DNA of 64,000 nt from Macrostomum lignano (taxonomy: Eukaryota): contig NIVC01000221.1 in the NCBI GenBank assembly GCA_002269645.1, positions 496,001 through 560,000 of the forward strand, written 5' to 3'. Positions 22,965 through 34,619 of the stretch are shown one piece after another; within the stretch, counting starts at the first letter, position 1; the number at the start of each line of letters is the position of its first letter. The notes under the pieces are model-generated. The model searched no databases. It worked only from the letters and a program-made list of their open reading frames with translations, and was not told where the DNA came from. The translations under genes were made by a program, and so were the position numbers.

Positions 22965-24512
22965 ATGTATATAGCCACATTGAAAAGTAGATGCCTGAGC
23001 AAAAAAGGCAATTTGCCATAGTTTTGTTACACTAATATTTAATAATATAATATAATGCATATACCAAATGTGGAGACCTATGTTGGTTTGGGAAAGAGAA
23101 ATAAAATGCCATAGGTCAAGAGAATTAAAACTTTGTATAAGCTTAGACATTGCATAGGGCCTATTCTTATTACTTTATATTTACTGATGTAAATTAGAAT
23201 AGGAAGCAGATTTCTTTAGTCTCCTTTATTAGGTATCCACCTTTGAAGATGGTCTAGATTCTAAAATATATGACATGCCAAGTAGTCCTAATAGTAGCCC
23301 CTAGCCTCTATTTTGCCTTTGGGTCTATTATTGACCCTAGAAATAAATTGATTTTTAAAGGACAATTCTAACTTCATAAAAAGTAAAATAATATATAAGT
23401 AATGATAACAATATATGCTTTATTGTCATAGGCCTACTCATATATCTCATAGATAAGGCCTTATAAATATGTTTATACTGCATAGAGCCTAGTATAGGCC
23501 TAGTCTATATTAAATCAAAGATTAGGCTTAGTGCCTAAGGAACCTATATGATATAGGCCTAGCCCTATGTGGGCCCTATAATATATTAGGCCTAGGCCAT
23601 ATATTACAGGGCCACAAGGGCAACATCTCAGTGAGTCAAATGTTACATAGCCATTAGCCAATAAATATAGGTGTATTAATATTACTAAGCTTCACAAAGG
23701 CAAGGCATACAAAATTATATTCATTCATCATATTGGCATCAACTTGGCATTTAACAATGGCAATAGTCAATACCAATATTAATGCATCAATAAAAGCTAT
23801 TGTAGATAATATACATAGATATGAATATATAATATATAACTAAAGTTCATTAGCAAACAAATTGCAGTTGAAGTACAATATTACAAAATAGAAGAATCGA
23901 GAATTCTACTCTTTGCAGACAACAATAAAGTTTGAAACACAGAGCTGAAAGCTTTAAAGTACCGTACTATATTATAGGCCTAACAATAACATTGTACGAT
24001 ACTAAGATAATTCCATTTCAGCGCACCATTCATTTTAGTGTTTTCATTATGATTTGTACAGATTTGCGTGAGAAGAAATAACAAAAAAACACAACACAAG
24101 TGAAGATGAAATGGTATTCCGGTCACCACAGATCAACTTTTTTAATAAATTCCTTTTCTGTGCTACGTTCATTTTCAGTAACACTCTCGAACAATTTAAA
24201 TTCTAAAGCCATGCATGGGATATCGATGGGACAAAAAAGAGGCCATGCATGGAAACAACATGGTCATGCATGGTTTATGCATGTAATCATGGACCATGCA
24301 TGGATAATCCATGATTGGAGTCTAGGGAGTTGACTTCGCTGGCTAAATGAAACTGACGGCTTCGAGAATCGAGTTTACGAGTAGGTCTGCTAGGCGCGTA
24401 TTGCGACTGTACAATGCAAAGCTGATCAGCATAAAGCAGGTCGGAAGTAAATATTATCGAGACTTGTTCCTTTGAGGTAAGAATTGCTAGCTTGGCGATG
24501 AGAAGAAATGAG

Positions 24513-25434
24513 CAGTGTTGGACACTTCCGTTACCGAGTAACTTGCAAATGGTAACGCAAGTTGCTTTTTCGTAAAGCGTTCCTTACGCAATTTACTTTT
24601 TATTTTAGTAACGGAGTAACGGTAAGTTACTCAAATTTCGGATGTCCGTTACAGTTACTTTGCAAAAATCGCAATATTTAAATTTAAAACTGAAATGCTT
24701 AGCTATTACGCCGGTTGTCACATGTTTTTGCGATTTTTCCTAAATTCAAAATTAAGTGAATAGTATCACATGGTATTGCGCCTAATTAATGAAGAAATAC
24801 TTGAAACATGTTTTACTTTGTTAATTTCGGTAAAATATTTTCGCCTTTCATTTTCAATTTACTAAAAATTTTCAAGTTTGATTCAAACAAACATCCAAAG
24901 AAAGAAAGTCATCTGTAGTCTCCACAAGTCCCTCCACTGGCACTGCAGTACACTACACCATTTTATACAGTTCTATTTATTTTACAGTTCTATTTATAGC
25001 CTCCACAAGTCCCTCCACTGGCACTGCAGTACACTACACCATTTTATACAGTTCTATTTATTTTACTCTATTGAATTATTGATATTCGTTTATTTTATCA
25101 TATATAGTTTTAATTATTGATTGCCATTGCCATTGTTCCTTCTACTTGCCTCGCATCGTGTCGCCAATTCCTGTCTCTGTCTGTTAATCGGTTAATCCCA
25201 ATGCCCAATGGCAAATTTTGGTAACAACAGTGTGAAAAAATGTGCAATGTGAAAAACGCAGAAAATTTTGTTAATAACAAGGGTAACGGAAGTGAGTAAA
25301 GGACAGTAACTTAAAAGTTACCGGGTTTTTGTCTAAAGTTACTAGGCTAATGTAAGTTAAATTTAAATTTAAATTAACAAAGTAAAACATGTTTCAAAAC
25401 TTTTTAAAAATTGGTAACCTTAGTTACAACACTG
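24513..25434. mobile_element. Non-autonomous hAT-type element (MITE)
   Basis: Termini CAGTGTTG...CAACACTG, GTAAC/GTTAC subterminal repeats, 8-bp TSD GAAATGAG (24505-24512, 25435-25442); internal tandem duplication of about 70 bp near 24917-25070. Confidence 0.9.
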
Positions 25435-25519
25435 GAAATGAGAAGCTAAGAATCAACGCTAAAGGTGAATTTTTGTGCATTTATGGTACAATACAAAATA
25501 AAAAATTGACAGTGAAAAA

Positions 25520-25830
25520 TCTAGGTCCGCGGGCCACATGCGGCTGCTCGCTATTCTGCTCTCGGGTCCTTTGAAACTTCAAAAGAAAAAGAACAGAGAA
25601 TAACCGAGAAGAGCTGTCTCCTCTTAGCTCTCTTCTAGCTCTCTTCCCTCTTTTTTATTTCCTTTCTTCTCCCCTCTCATCTTTCTAGCCTTCTCTCATC
25701 TTATCTTCATTCTCATCGCATCTCTTATCTCACCTCTCACCTCTCACCTCTTTTCTCTTTTCTCTCCTCCATTCCCTCTCCTTACCTCTCCCACCTGGCC
25801 CGCAACAACAAGCTAGATTCTTTATCTGGG
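25520..25830. mobile_element. hAT-like MITE remnant with CT-rich core
   Basis: GCGGGCCACATGCGG and AGCTAG..TTTTATCTGG motifs; inverted homolog of 28532-28807. Confidence 0.5.
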
Positions 25831-26919
25831 CCTTGAGGTAAGAATAGTTTACTGTCTCCTGCTTAAACAATCTTGACTATACCGAAGGCCTTGGCTTCTC
25901 TCTTTTGTGTTTAGTCTCTCCGGTCTCAGGTGAAATTGAGCCCCATCGCTTAGGAAAATAGAGCATTTAAACAATTGTGAATTTCCATTTCGAGACCGAC
26001 ACTGAGCCCCGGCTAAACAAAACGCGGAGCAGACTCGCTCCTTCTTTTGTAAAATACTCAAAATCAGTAGCTAGGGGGGTTCGCTCTGCCCTCGCAGGGG
26101 CAGCAGAGTTGGGGGTTTTCGCATTGGTTAAGTTGGATGCGGATCTCTTCCCGTGGCCAGCTAATCCGCGGTAGCTTTTGATCGATCTGCTTGTCCTCAG
26201 ATCTTCTCTGGGTCGGGCTGGCTGATTGAAATGATGGAGTTTGCTCTTCTATTTGAAAATTTATACCCATTTGAAACTACTGAAATTAGCTAGTTGTAAA
26301 AATTACTGCAGCGAAGTCGGGCTGATGGCTCAAGAATCGCACTGAAGCCGGGACCCTGGTAGCTCCGGCCGGTGCTTCTAGCGCCAGCGCCGCCGCACCG
26401 GGGCCACAAGCCTGCATGCGCAACTGGGTGCTCCGCGGAGGCCCGACGTGCTCTCAACGGCGACGGCGACAACGAGAAGCTGCGGGCCGGCCACCTGCGG
26501 AGGGGAAGCCTAGGGAGGACGAGGCTGCTTTTGGGCCGAAAAGAGCCTCAGCGACCCCTGTTGGTGGATCCAACCCCCGCTGGTGAGCCGCCTAGCAAGC
26601 CTGCAACCAGCGCAGCCGGGCCTTCGGGAACCGCCGCCACCAACTACGCCTCAAAGGTCAAGCACCTACCGGCAATTATGTAACGAGGTGCACTCGAAGA
26701 TAGTTCATTAGTTTGCTTGTATTTCGGTTCCGTTCGTGGAGCGTATTGACCTAAGTATCGAGGTAAACTTTTAATTTTCTATCTTAAATGAAAAAGCACT
26801 AATTTGCTTAAAACCATGTTAAAGTGCATTGCGCACGTACTAAGCGTGTTACAGTAGCTCGTAGTACTCGTAGCAAGATAATGCAGAATCTATCTATCTA
26901 TCTTTCTAACTGTCTACTA

Positions 26920-27112
26920 TCTGGGAAGAGAGGAGAGGGGAGAGAGGAGAAGAGAGACAGGAGAGGAGAGAGAGGAGAGAGAGAAGAGAGAGAGGAGAGG
27001 AGAGAGAGGAGAGAGGAGAGAGGAGAGAGGAGAGAGGAGAGGAGAGAGAGGAGAGAGGAGAGAGGAGAAAGGAGAGAGGAGAGAGGAGAGAGGGGACAAG
27101 AGAGGAGAGGGT
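26920..27112. repeat. GA-rich simple repeat (GAGAG)n
   Basis: Purine-only tract. Confidence 0.95.
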
Positions 27113-28531
27113 AGTCGATAAGTACGGTCTGAAAGTCCGAGAACCTAAAAACGAAGAACGCTTTACAGATACAAAATACCCTAAATGGTCCAATCAGCAC
27201 TATCTTTGTGTCAATTTACCTTGCTACTACTATCTTTTTCAGTGGCATAAGCGTATACTTGCTTTATTTTTTGTCTTGAAATAAAAAAAAATAAAAGTGA
27301 GGGTAATGCGTGGGATTTGCAACTAAATGATGGGATCCTTGCCTCCAAGTTTGATGCATCATTTAGTTGAATAAAATAAATGTTGCTTTTTACGCTTATA
27401 CTACTCTGTATGGAACAAAGAGTATTTTTGCTAAACATAGTTGAATAAATCATCTAGGGTATTTAGTATCTTTCCCTAGTTATCCAAGCCCTACCTGAAT
27501 TTTCACACATACATTGTGCTGATTAACGGAGAGCAGCACCGATATCCGCGTGTGTTCTTTGAAAAAAGGAACTTCTTTGTGAACGCGGGTTTCAAACTGA
27601 TTATTTTAACGGTTTTGATCAAACGGCAATGCTGGGATGGCATTTGTCTACCTAAGCGTGACAATAAGCGTGTAATCACAATCGTATGCTAAGCTAAAGT
27701 TTCTCCAGGACTGAATTGCAATGAGGGCCTGAATATTTACGCAGTGTACCTGTAATTGGCCCCAAACTGCTAGCCAGTTTTATCAGTTCTGTCTTGATGG
27801 GATCAATCCCGTGTGTTTATTCACGTCAAGGCGCTATCAATAAATTTATTATCAATCTTAAGAGTCAAGAAATCATAAATTTAGGTTGCAGAAGACAGAC
27901 TTTCAATGTTTATATCGCGACTTTCTTAGTCATTTCTTCAGTTCATTTGCACTTGTCTCTCTTTGCTGTGTCTTCTTTCCTTCTCTGTCCAGTTCAGTCT
28001 TGATATTCTTATCTCTCTCCCTCGCAGCCTTCTGATTGGCTCTTGAATCTCGTTTCTTTTCTTAGTCGCGCACTCCACCCCTCATTTCATATTCAGCACC
28101 CTTTCTGTCCAGTTCAGTCTTGCTATTCTTATCTCTCTCCCTCGCAGCCTTCTGATTGGCTGCTCAATCCTAAAATTTCCTTTGTCGCTCCCTCTACCCC
28201 TCTTTTTCCTACTTGCACTCAACCTTCCACTACAGGTAATGTCTTATAAACATACCCATTTCGGCCCTGTGCCAAGCTACTTACTTTTGATTTTCAACTC
28301 AAATTAGATCCATTTCTCTGAATTTTCAATTACTATACTCCCTAACTAAAGCTTACTTATACGTCACCCGAAAAGTGACACATAGGCTCACCCAGTTGCG
28401 CTATTTTGGCGCCATACAAAGCAGCATTTTGGCGCCACAAAAACGTCACTTTAGTGCTAGGAAATTGGCGCCTCTCTACGGAATGAAATACGCTTTTTGG
28501 CGCCCCAGTAAGCGCAGAAGAGCTCCTAAAG

Positions 28532-28807
28532 CAGGGGTTGGCAAGCTATTTTACCATACAGGCCAGATAAAAAACCTAGCTAATGACTGCAGCCCAGATG
28601 AGAAGAAAGGAGTGCGATAAGAGGGAAGAGATGAGGGAGGAGATGAGAGGAGAAGGGGGAGAGAGGAGGTGAGAGTGCTGCGAAGAGACCTCGAGCGGGC
28701 CGGATTGCCATGGTGAAGTTGCAAATGACCCGATGGCCGCGGATAGAGAGGCTCCACGGGCCGCATCATCCGCATGTGGCCCGCAGGCAGGAGTTTCACG
28801 ACCTCCT
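28532..28807. mobile_element. hAT-like MITE with GA-rich core
   Basis: CAGGGGTTGGCAAG start, GCATGTGGCCCGC motif, ...GACCTCCTG end; no convincing TSD. Confidence 0.55.
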
Positions 28808-30245
28808 GCCCAAACCCCTAAATTTCTCATGTTTAATTTAAAACTATGTGGAATTTGAATCGGCGCCATTCCCCTAGCTACTACGGCTTTTGCTACACCA
28901 CACCCATAGCCCCAACAGCGGCTCCTCCATAATGGGCTCTCGTATCCCACCCAGCCATCATGGGGCGAGCTCTGCAGGCTGACCCCACCGAGGCCAACAC
29001 TCCTGCAGGAGAGAAATTAAAATTTGTGGGCTGGGCCCTCCCATGGGGCGGTCATAAACTGTCTACTTTATGCTTTTATGATGGGGGCACAAGCAAATTG
29101 AAGCTCCAATTAAGTTGGCTCGTAATTGCTTGCTAACTGTCAAAAACATTTTATAGATTAGGAGTCAGCAAGATTTTTTACCTGATGGGCGAGAGAGAGA
29201 ATCCAACTCATGACTGTGGCCTGCGAGCCACATGAGAGTGGAAAGTAGAAAGAATAGAAGATGAGCTAGATGAGAGAAGATGAGAGAGGGGAGGGTAGAG
29301 GAGGGAAGAGAAGATAGAAGAGAGGGGGAGAACAGGAGAGAGGGAAGAGAAGAGTAGAGACGAATAAAATAGCTCTCCGTACGAGCGAATATACTTGTTT
29401 ATGCATACTGTTACTTATCTGAGTGCAAGAATAGTATATAGACTAGCCATTTTGACGTCCTTCGGTGCGAAACGCGCATGCTGAAAAGAAAAGATTTGAA
29501 TCTGAAGAACAATACTCAAACAATTTATGGCCAAGAGGCGGACAAATTAAAAGAAAAATACTACCTCGTAATTACTCGTATGTAACTTTGCTAGAAAAGA
29601 TATATTAGCGATTGGTCTTTTAGTTTGTAGGTAAAATTTTAGACTTCCAAGTTTTGCATGACTAAAAAATAGAGACTTTTTTGGTCAGCAGAAAAAATAG
29701 TATTGGCAAGAGAAAAAACAACAGAAAATTGTTTACTGGTCAGAAAGTGAACATAAACAGCAAGGGCCGAAATGAAACCAAGGGGATACATATACATGTA
29801 GCTTGCGGGTGCACACAAATTCCCATAAAAATTTAGATGTTAAATTCAAAAAAGGTAAAATATATAGCAATTTTTCTTCTTCCAGTATCTTTAATTTTAT
29901 TTCATTATTATTTTTTCAGCTGAAGTTCGCGTTTCTGCAGTCGATCAAATTTTGTTGAAATGGTTGAACACAACTCCGAAGATTCAAAATTGGTTTCGCT
30001 GGCTGGCTAAGCAGATTTGAAGTTGTAGGCGCGGTTTGTTTTTTCTAAAATTCTGTAAGGTAAAAAGACAGGTGACCCTTTTCAGTTACCTGCTTTATTC
30101 AGCAATGCACAACTTAGCAATATAAAACATGTAAGCTTTCGAGCCAAGCAAAAACTACTGCTGTAACCTATCATCCCCCAGTTGAATATACACGTACTGT
30201 ACTGCGATCCCAAAAAATCGGACACCACAGTGCTCAAATCTCTTG

Positions 30246-31356
30246 CTAACCTTGGATGCCGTAGGCCATGAACTCGCAGATGGTGACGGGCTCTGCCGGA
30301 TTGCTGCGACTCAAGATGCGGATTTTCGAGCCGTGGGCGTTACAGATAAAGTTGGAAACAGTGAACGGAGTGCTGCGCCTCACCTGGTTACACACAGACC
30401 CGTCCACAAGAATGTCGAACTTGTTTAGTGCCTTAGCGCAGCAGTCCTGCCTGTTGTAGATGGTGACGAATGACACGAGAGATGGAGCCGTGAGACTGCC
30501 TTCCCACCACTCACTGAGGCCGTTGTGGGTGTGAGTGCAGGAGTTTTGATCATAAAATGGATTCGTGTTGCCGTCGATGGCGCGTCTGCACGACACCATC
30601 GATGAGCTTTCGCTGCAGCTGGCAATCGACAGTTTCTTAGGTGTAAAATCTGTAATTTAGGTACGTGCAAGCAGTTATTTGTTGTCGTTGCGCTCACGCG
30701 ATAATATATTTAATCAGACGCAACGCAGATGCGCACTGACGAAACCAGGAATTTTAATTGGAGGGGCGCAGTCCTAAGGTGCGCCAGCATTTGGTGTTCT
30801 GTTGGACACTGTCTCTTAATGGGCACCCCTGTCTCTTGGTGAGCTTCCAGCTGTCTCTTGACGGGTCTTATCTCAGGCATCAGGCATGTCAAAGATGGGA
30901 CAAAAGTTGCGCTCTTATGCATGTCATTCGTATAGCTTGTTGTCCTTTTTTAATAAGTTTCTGGAGAGCGCGATTTTTTCGGGTCACGGCCTCCCTTCTG
31001 CAAAAGCTACTGCGGATGCGCAATATGCAACTGCTATCAGGTGACTCACCTCGTACGAAGACGTCACACGTGCCGATGCTGTCCCAGGCGCTGGCATTGA
31101 AAAACGCCTTCAAGTCGAACAGCCGGCACGCGCCGAGCAGCCAGTAGAAGCCGAAACAGTCGGACCTGCGGCTGCACACAATGCCGCAGCCGATTTCGCT
31201 GTCTTCGGGCTGCACCAGAAGCTCCGACGGAGCGACAGCACTGCTCGTCCTGGCAGCGGAGAACTGCACACCCGAACTGACGACTTCCGCAGCCATTGCA
31301 GCTGTCAAGCAGACAGAAAGCACGACTTCAAAGGTGCATCTTCTCCGGTAAGTCAT
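30246..31356 (-). CDS. Secreted PAN/apple + F-type lectin (fucolectin-like) protein; exons 31356-31050 and 30649-30246
   Basis: Signal-like N-terminus; CGIVCSRRSDCFGF...CRL; phase-1 donor G|GTGAGT at 31049, acceptor TTACAG ending 30650, in frame; AIDGN, CTH-x26-RQDCC, ICEFMAYG. Confidence 0.85.
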
Positions 31357-31698
31357 GTCGGTATTCCTGTCCGAACTGTTGATCGAAATAACTCAGAATT
31401 ATCAAATTCGGTGAGGTGGGACTCGGTATTGAAGGGCTAGTGTTGAAGAGGATCCAAGCCGAACTCGACTGAACAAAGACGTGATTAGACTGAGGACAGG
31501 TGAGACGGTTATGGGAACTCAAATACGCGGGTATCGCAGACTCACCAGTTTAGTCGTAAATTTTTATTTGTGAAATAATTATCGTCACTGGCCCAGTAGG
31601 AGAGGCTGCCACCACTTTAACTTATCCAGTTGAAAACGGTTGAAAACGGTAGGTGACCAATAGCGGATAAATAAAGCTTAAGATCAACATTTATGGCG

Positions 31699-31741
31699 AA
31701 AACCAACGCGTTTCAACCCACTAGGGCCGTCGTCAGGGTAT
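31699..31741 (-). ncRNA. Minimal type I hammerhead ribozyme (inverted copy)
   Basis: Reverse complement of the 31912-31954 motif. Confidence 0.7.
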
Positions 31742-31911
31742 ATTTTATCACTGAACGAAACACTCAATATAAATAAGCAAACGATTGTACTATCTCAAGT
31801 GTCAAATTGAAAACGGGAGGGTAACCAATGTACGAAAAACATAAAAAACTAGGGGTTGGAGTTAAGTGAGAATAATGAGAGAGAGAGAGAGAGAAGGCAA
31901 ACAGATGTAAA

Positions 31912-31954
31912 ATACCCTGACGACGGCCCTAGTGGGTTGAAACGCGTTGGTTTT
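31912..31954 (+). ncRNA. Minimal type I hammerhead ribozyme
   Basis: ACC-CTGACGA-C-GGCCC-TAGT-GGGTT-GAAAC-GC-GT-T-GGT: core CUGANGA/GAAA, stem II, palindromic ACGCGT stem III, GUU site, stem I ACC/GGT. Confidence 0.7.
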
Positions 31955-32769
31955 CGCCATAAATGTTGATCTTAAGCTTTATTTATTTGCTATTAATTAA
32001 GCGAGCAACTCTACCACAAGACCAATAGCGGACTCTTGAAAGCTGCTGAATGCATCATGCGCTTTGGACAGCTGAAGCAGCTGATGGACGCTGGAGGCTG
32101 GTGCCGCTGTCTCTTGGTGGGGCACCGCTGTCTCTTGTCTCTTGTTTTACCCTGTCTTTCAGGCCATTGGATGCCAGATCTCAAAAGAGGAGGAAAACTG
32201 AGCTCCTGTCATTTATCGAGCTACTGGTTACCTCTTTCATTAAGTTAGTTTTTGGAGGAGCAAACATTTTTTCATGGGGCTCCTCGCTAGCGGAATGGGC
32301 GACGCTCGCCTCCCCGCTGCGTCTTCGGACCGCCCTGCAGCTGGGGCTCCTCGCACCTGTGTCTATACGCCACTTCAGCCAGTAAGTTGTATGTTTATTG
32401 TAGCAAAACACAACCGTATCGAGGATAAGCGAGTGGTGCGTCACTTCCCACTAATTCCCAGTCATTGAATTTGTCAGTCAAACTGATCGCCATTGAGAGA
32501 GAGATCCTTGAGAACCCTGAAGTTGTTCTGCATATTCACGGAAAGTCTACAGTATGAGCTATTTGACGGACAATTGTGTCATTAGAAAGCAGAAAAACGG
32601 TTGAATTATTTCTTAAGAGACCTGTGTCAACAAACTCAAAAGCCTAGTGATTGATGGGGCAGCAGTTGAGTCTGTTTAATATATTTAATACACTGCGTCC
32701 CGAAGGAATTTTCGTTAGGAAGCTCTGAAAAGGAGGCGTTGTACCATCCTATTTCTGTACGCTTAGACC

Positions 32770-33530
32770 ATGTCGCCAACAGTGCTGATTTTGACTGCTT
32801 TTACCGGCTGCGTTTCGGCGATGCTGACGCCCCAACTGCTGGGAGTTCGCTACCTTGGTTGCTATGCGGACGGAGATAACAGCAACCGAGACATGAGCGA
32901 ACTGCAAGGCATCGCCAGCTTTGGAACTTACAAAATCGATGTCCTGAACTTGGCCTTCGTAGTTAACGCAGAGATGACGCTAGAAATGTGCGCTCAAATC
33001 TGCGCCATCGGTCGATTTCAATTCTTCGGTGCCCAGCGAAGCAACTACTGCTGCTGCGGCTCAGCCTACGGCAGACTCGGTAGAGCGGCGGAGAGCGACT
33101 GCTCAACGGCTTGCGCAGGAAACTCGTCTCAGAAGTGCGGAGGAATGGGCAAAAACTCTGTCTATGAAATATTCTACTCTCACGGTATGCAAACCGAAGT
33201 CTTGATGTTCTATAATTTAAAGGCTAATTTGTGACGCAAAGTTATTGAAATGAATATTTATTCCTCTACGATTACCCACTAACAGTCAAGGACACCATGA
33301 CGCAGCTGCAGGTCGCAGCGATTCCCAGCATCTCAAGCTTTCCGAATTCAACAACTCACCGCAGTGCTGCTGCCAGAAGCCCTACCAAGTGCGCCATCAA
33401 CTGCCAAACCAGCCTGGACTGTCAGGGCTGCGCCTTTGAGACTTCGAGCCGCATGTGCCGCCTGCTGAGATTCGTCGGTGTGCCCGCCGAGGTGGCCAGC
33501 GAGGCTGAGTGGGTCTGGATGAAGCTGTGA
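32770..33530 (+). CDS. Secreted WSC + PAN/apple-like protein (gene D); exons 32770-33184 and 33286-33530
   Basis: MSPTVLILTAFTGCVSA signal; YLGCYAD, MCAQIC, NYCCCG, KCGG..KNSVY; phase-1 intron 33185-33285 (GTATGC...CTAACAG); ends EAEWVWMKL*. Confidence 0.9.
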
Positions 33531-34062
33531 GGCTGAGAGGGTTTGGATGAAGCTGAGGCTGAGTGGTCTGGATGAAGCTGTGAGGCTGAGTGGGTCTGGA
33601 TGAAGCTGTGAGGCTGAGTGGGTCGGGATGAAGCTGTGATGCTAAGTGGGTCTGGGTGAAGCTGTGAGGCTGAGTGGGTCTGGATGAAGCTGTGATGCTA
33701 AGTGGGTCTGGGTGAAGCTGTGAGGCTGAGTGGGTCTGGATGAAGCTGTGATGCTAAGTGGGTCTGGGTGAAGCTGTGAGGCTGAGTGGGTCTGGCTGGA
33801 TGAAGCTGAGGCTGAGTGGGTCTGGGTGAAGCTGTGAGGCTGAGTGGGTCTGGCTGGATGAAGCTGAGGCTGAGTGGGTCTGGCTGGATGAAGCTGAGGC
33901 TGAGTGGGTCTGGATGAAGCTGTGAGGCTGAGTGGGTCTGGATGGATGAAGCTGAGGCTGAGTGGGTCTGGCTGGATGAAGCTGAGGCTGAGTGGTTCTG
34001 GATGAAGCTGTGAGGTTGAGTGGGTCTTGATGAAGCTGTGAAGCTGGGTAGGTGTGGATGAA
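33501..34062 (+). repeat. 28-bp stop-codon minisatellite, about 19 units, the first overlapping the CDS
   Basis: GAGGCTGAGTGGGTCTGGATGAAGCTGT units with 26- to 32-bp variants. Confidence 0.95.
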
Positions 34063-34619
34063 ATTCTACCGAACGTTTAAATAATTAACTCAAAAAGTAG
34101 TAGTTCTTCTAATCTTCAAAAATAGTTTCATGTTGTATCAATATTACATGCTATCGTATCACTAGCAGCGAGCTACAAACGGAATATGCAACTAATTCAC
34201 TCATTAATGCATAATGTACTTTAATATGGTTTTGAGCCATTTCAGTACTTTTTTCTTCAAGATAAACATTTTAGTCTTGACTCTTAACTTGACCAGCAGA
34301 ACCAAAACAATAACCAAACAAATAAAATAGATGAAGATGATAATATTTTCTAAGAGATGTCAACTTCCGTGAACTTTCGGTTTTCAGATTTTGCGTCTTA
34401 AAATCCTTTCTGTTAGAAAATTTCGATAGCTTCTCGGATTAAAAACTGTTCAAGTTAATTGGCAGTTTGTTCAGCACCCATTTTTAACTGATTTGAGTTC
34501 ACTCTACTGCGAGTTTTACTACGGCTTCAAATGGTATTGCTAATCCAATAATTAACTAAACTAGACTAACAAATCATTAACTGGTCTGCCAAACATTGAG
34601 GACTGCGAGACAAAAGATC

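Larger units (their letters stand above)
17149..24327 (-). mobile_element. CACTA/Mirage (CMC)-type DNA transposon, 7179 bp
   Basis: 20-bp TIR CCCTAGACTCCAATCATGGA, 2-bp TSD AG on both sides, CCATG/CATGG-rich subterminal repeats, internal transposase. Confidence 0.9.
31668..32019. mobile_element. Penelope-like mini-insertion with 75-bp perfect inverted repeats
   Basis: 31667-31741 is the exact reverse complement of 31912-31986; 13-bp direct repeat GACCAATAGCGGA at 31655-31667 and 32020-32032. Confidence 0.8.

Noticed and set aside
26290-26700. GC-rich ORF ending TNYASKVK, resembling a LINE ORF1 start
   Set aside because: Only a short motif; no zinc knuckle or downstream ORF2
26824-27200. Arg/Glu- and Leu/Ser-rich ORFs
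   Set aside because: Translations of the GA simple repeat
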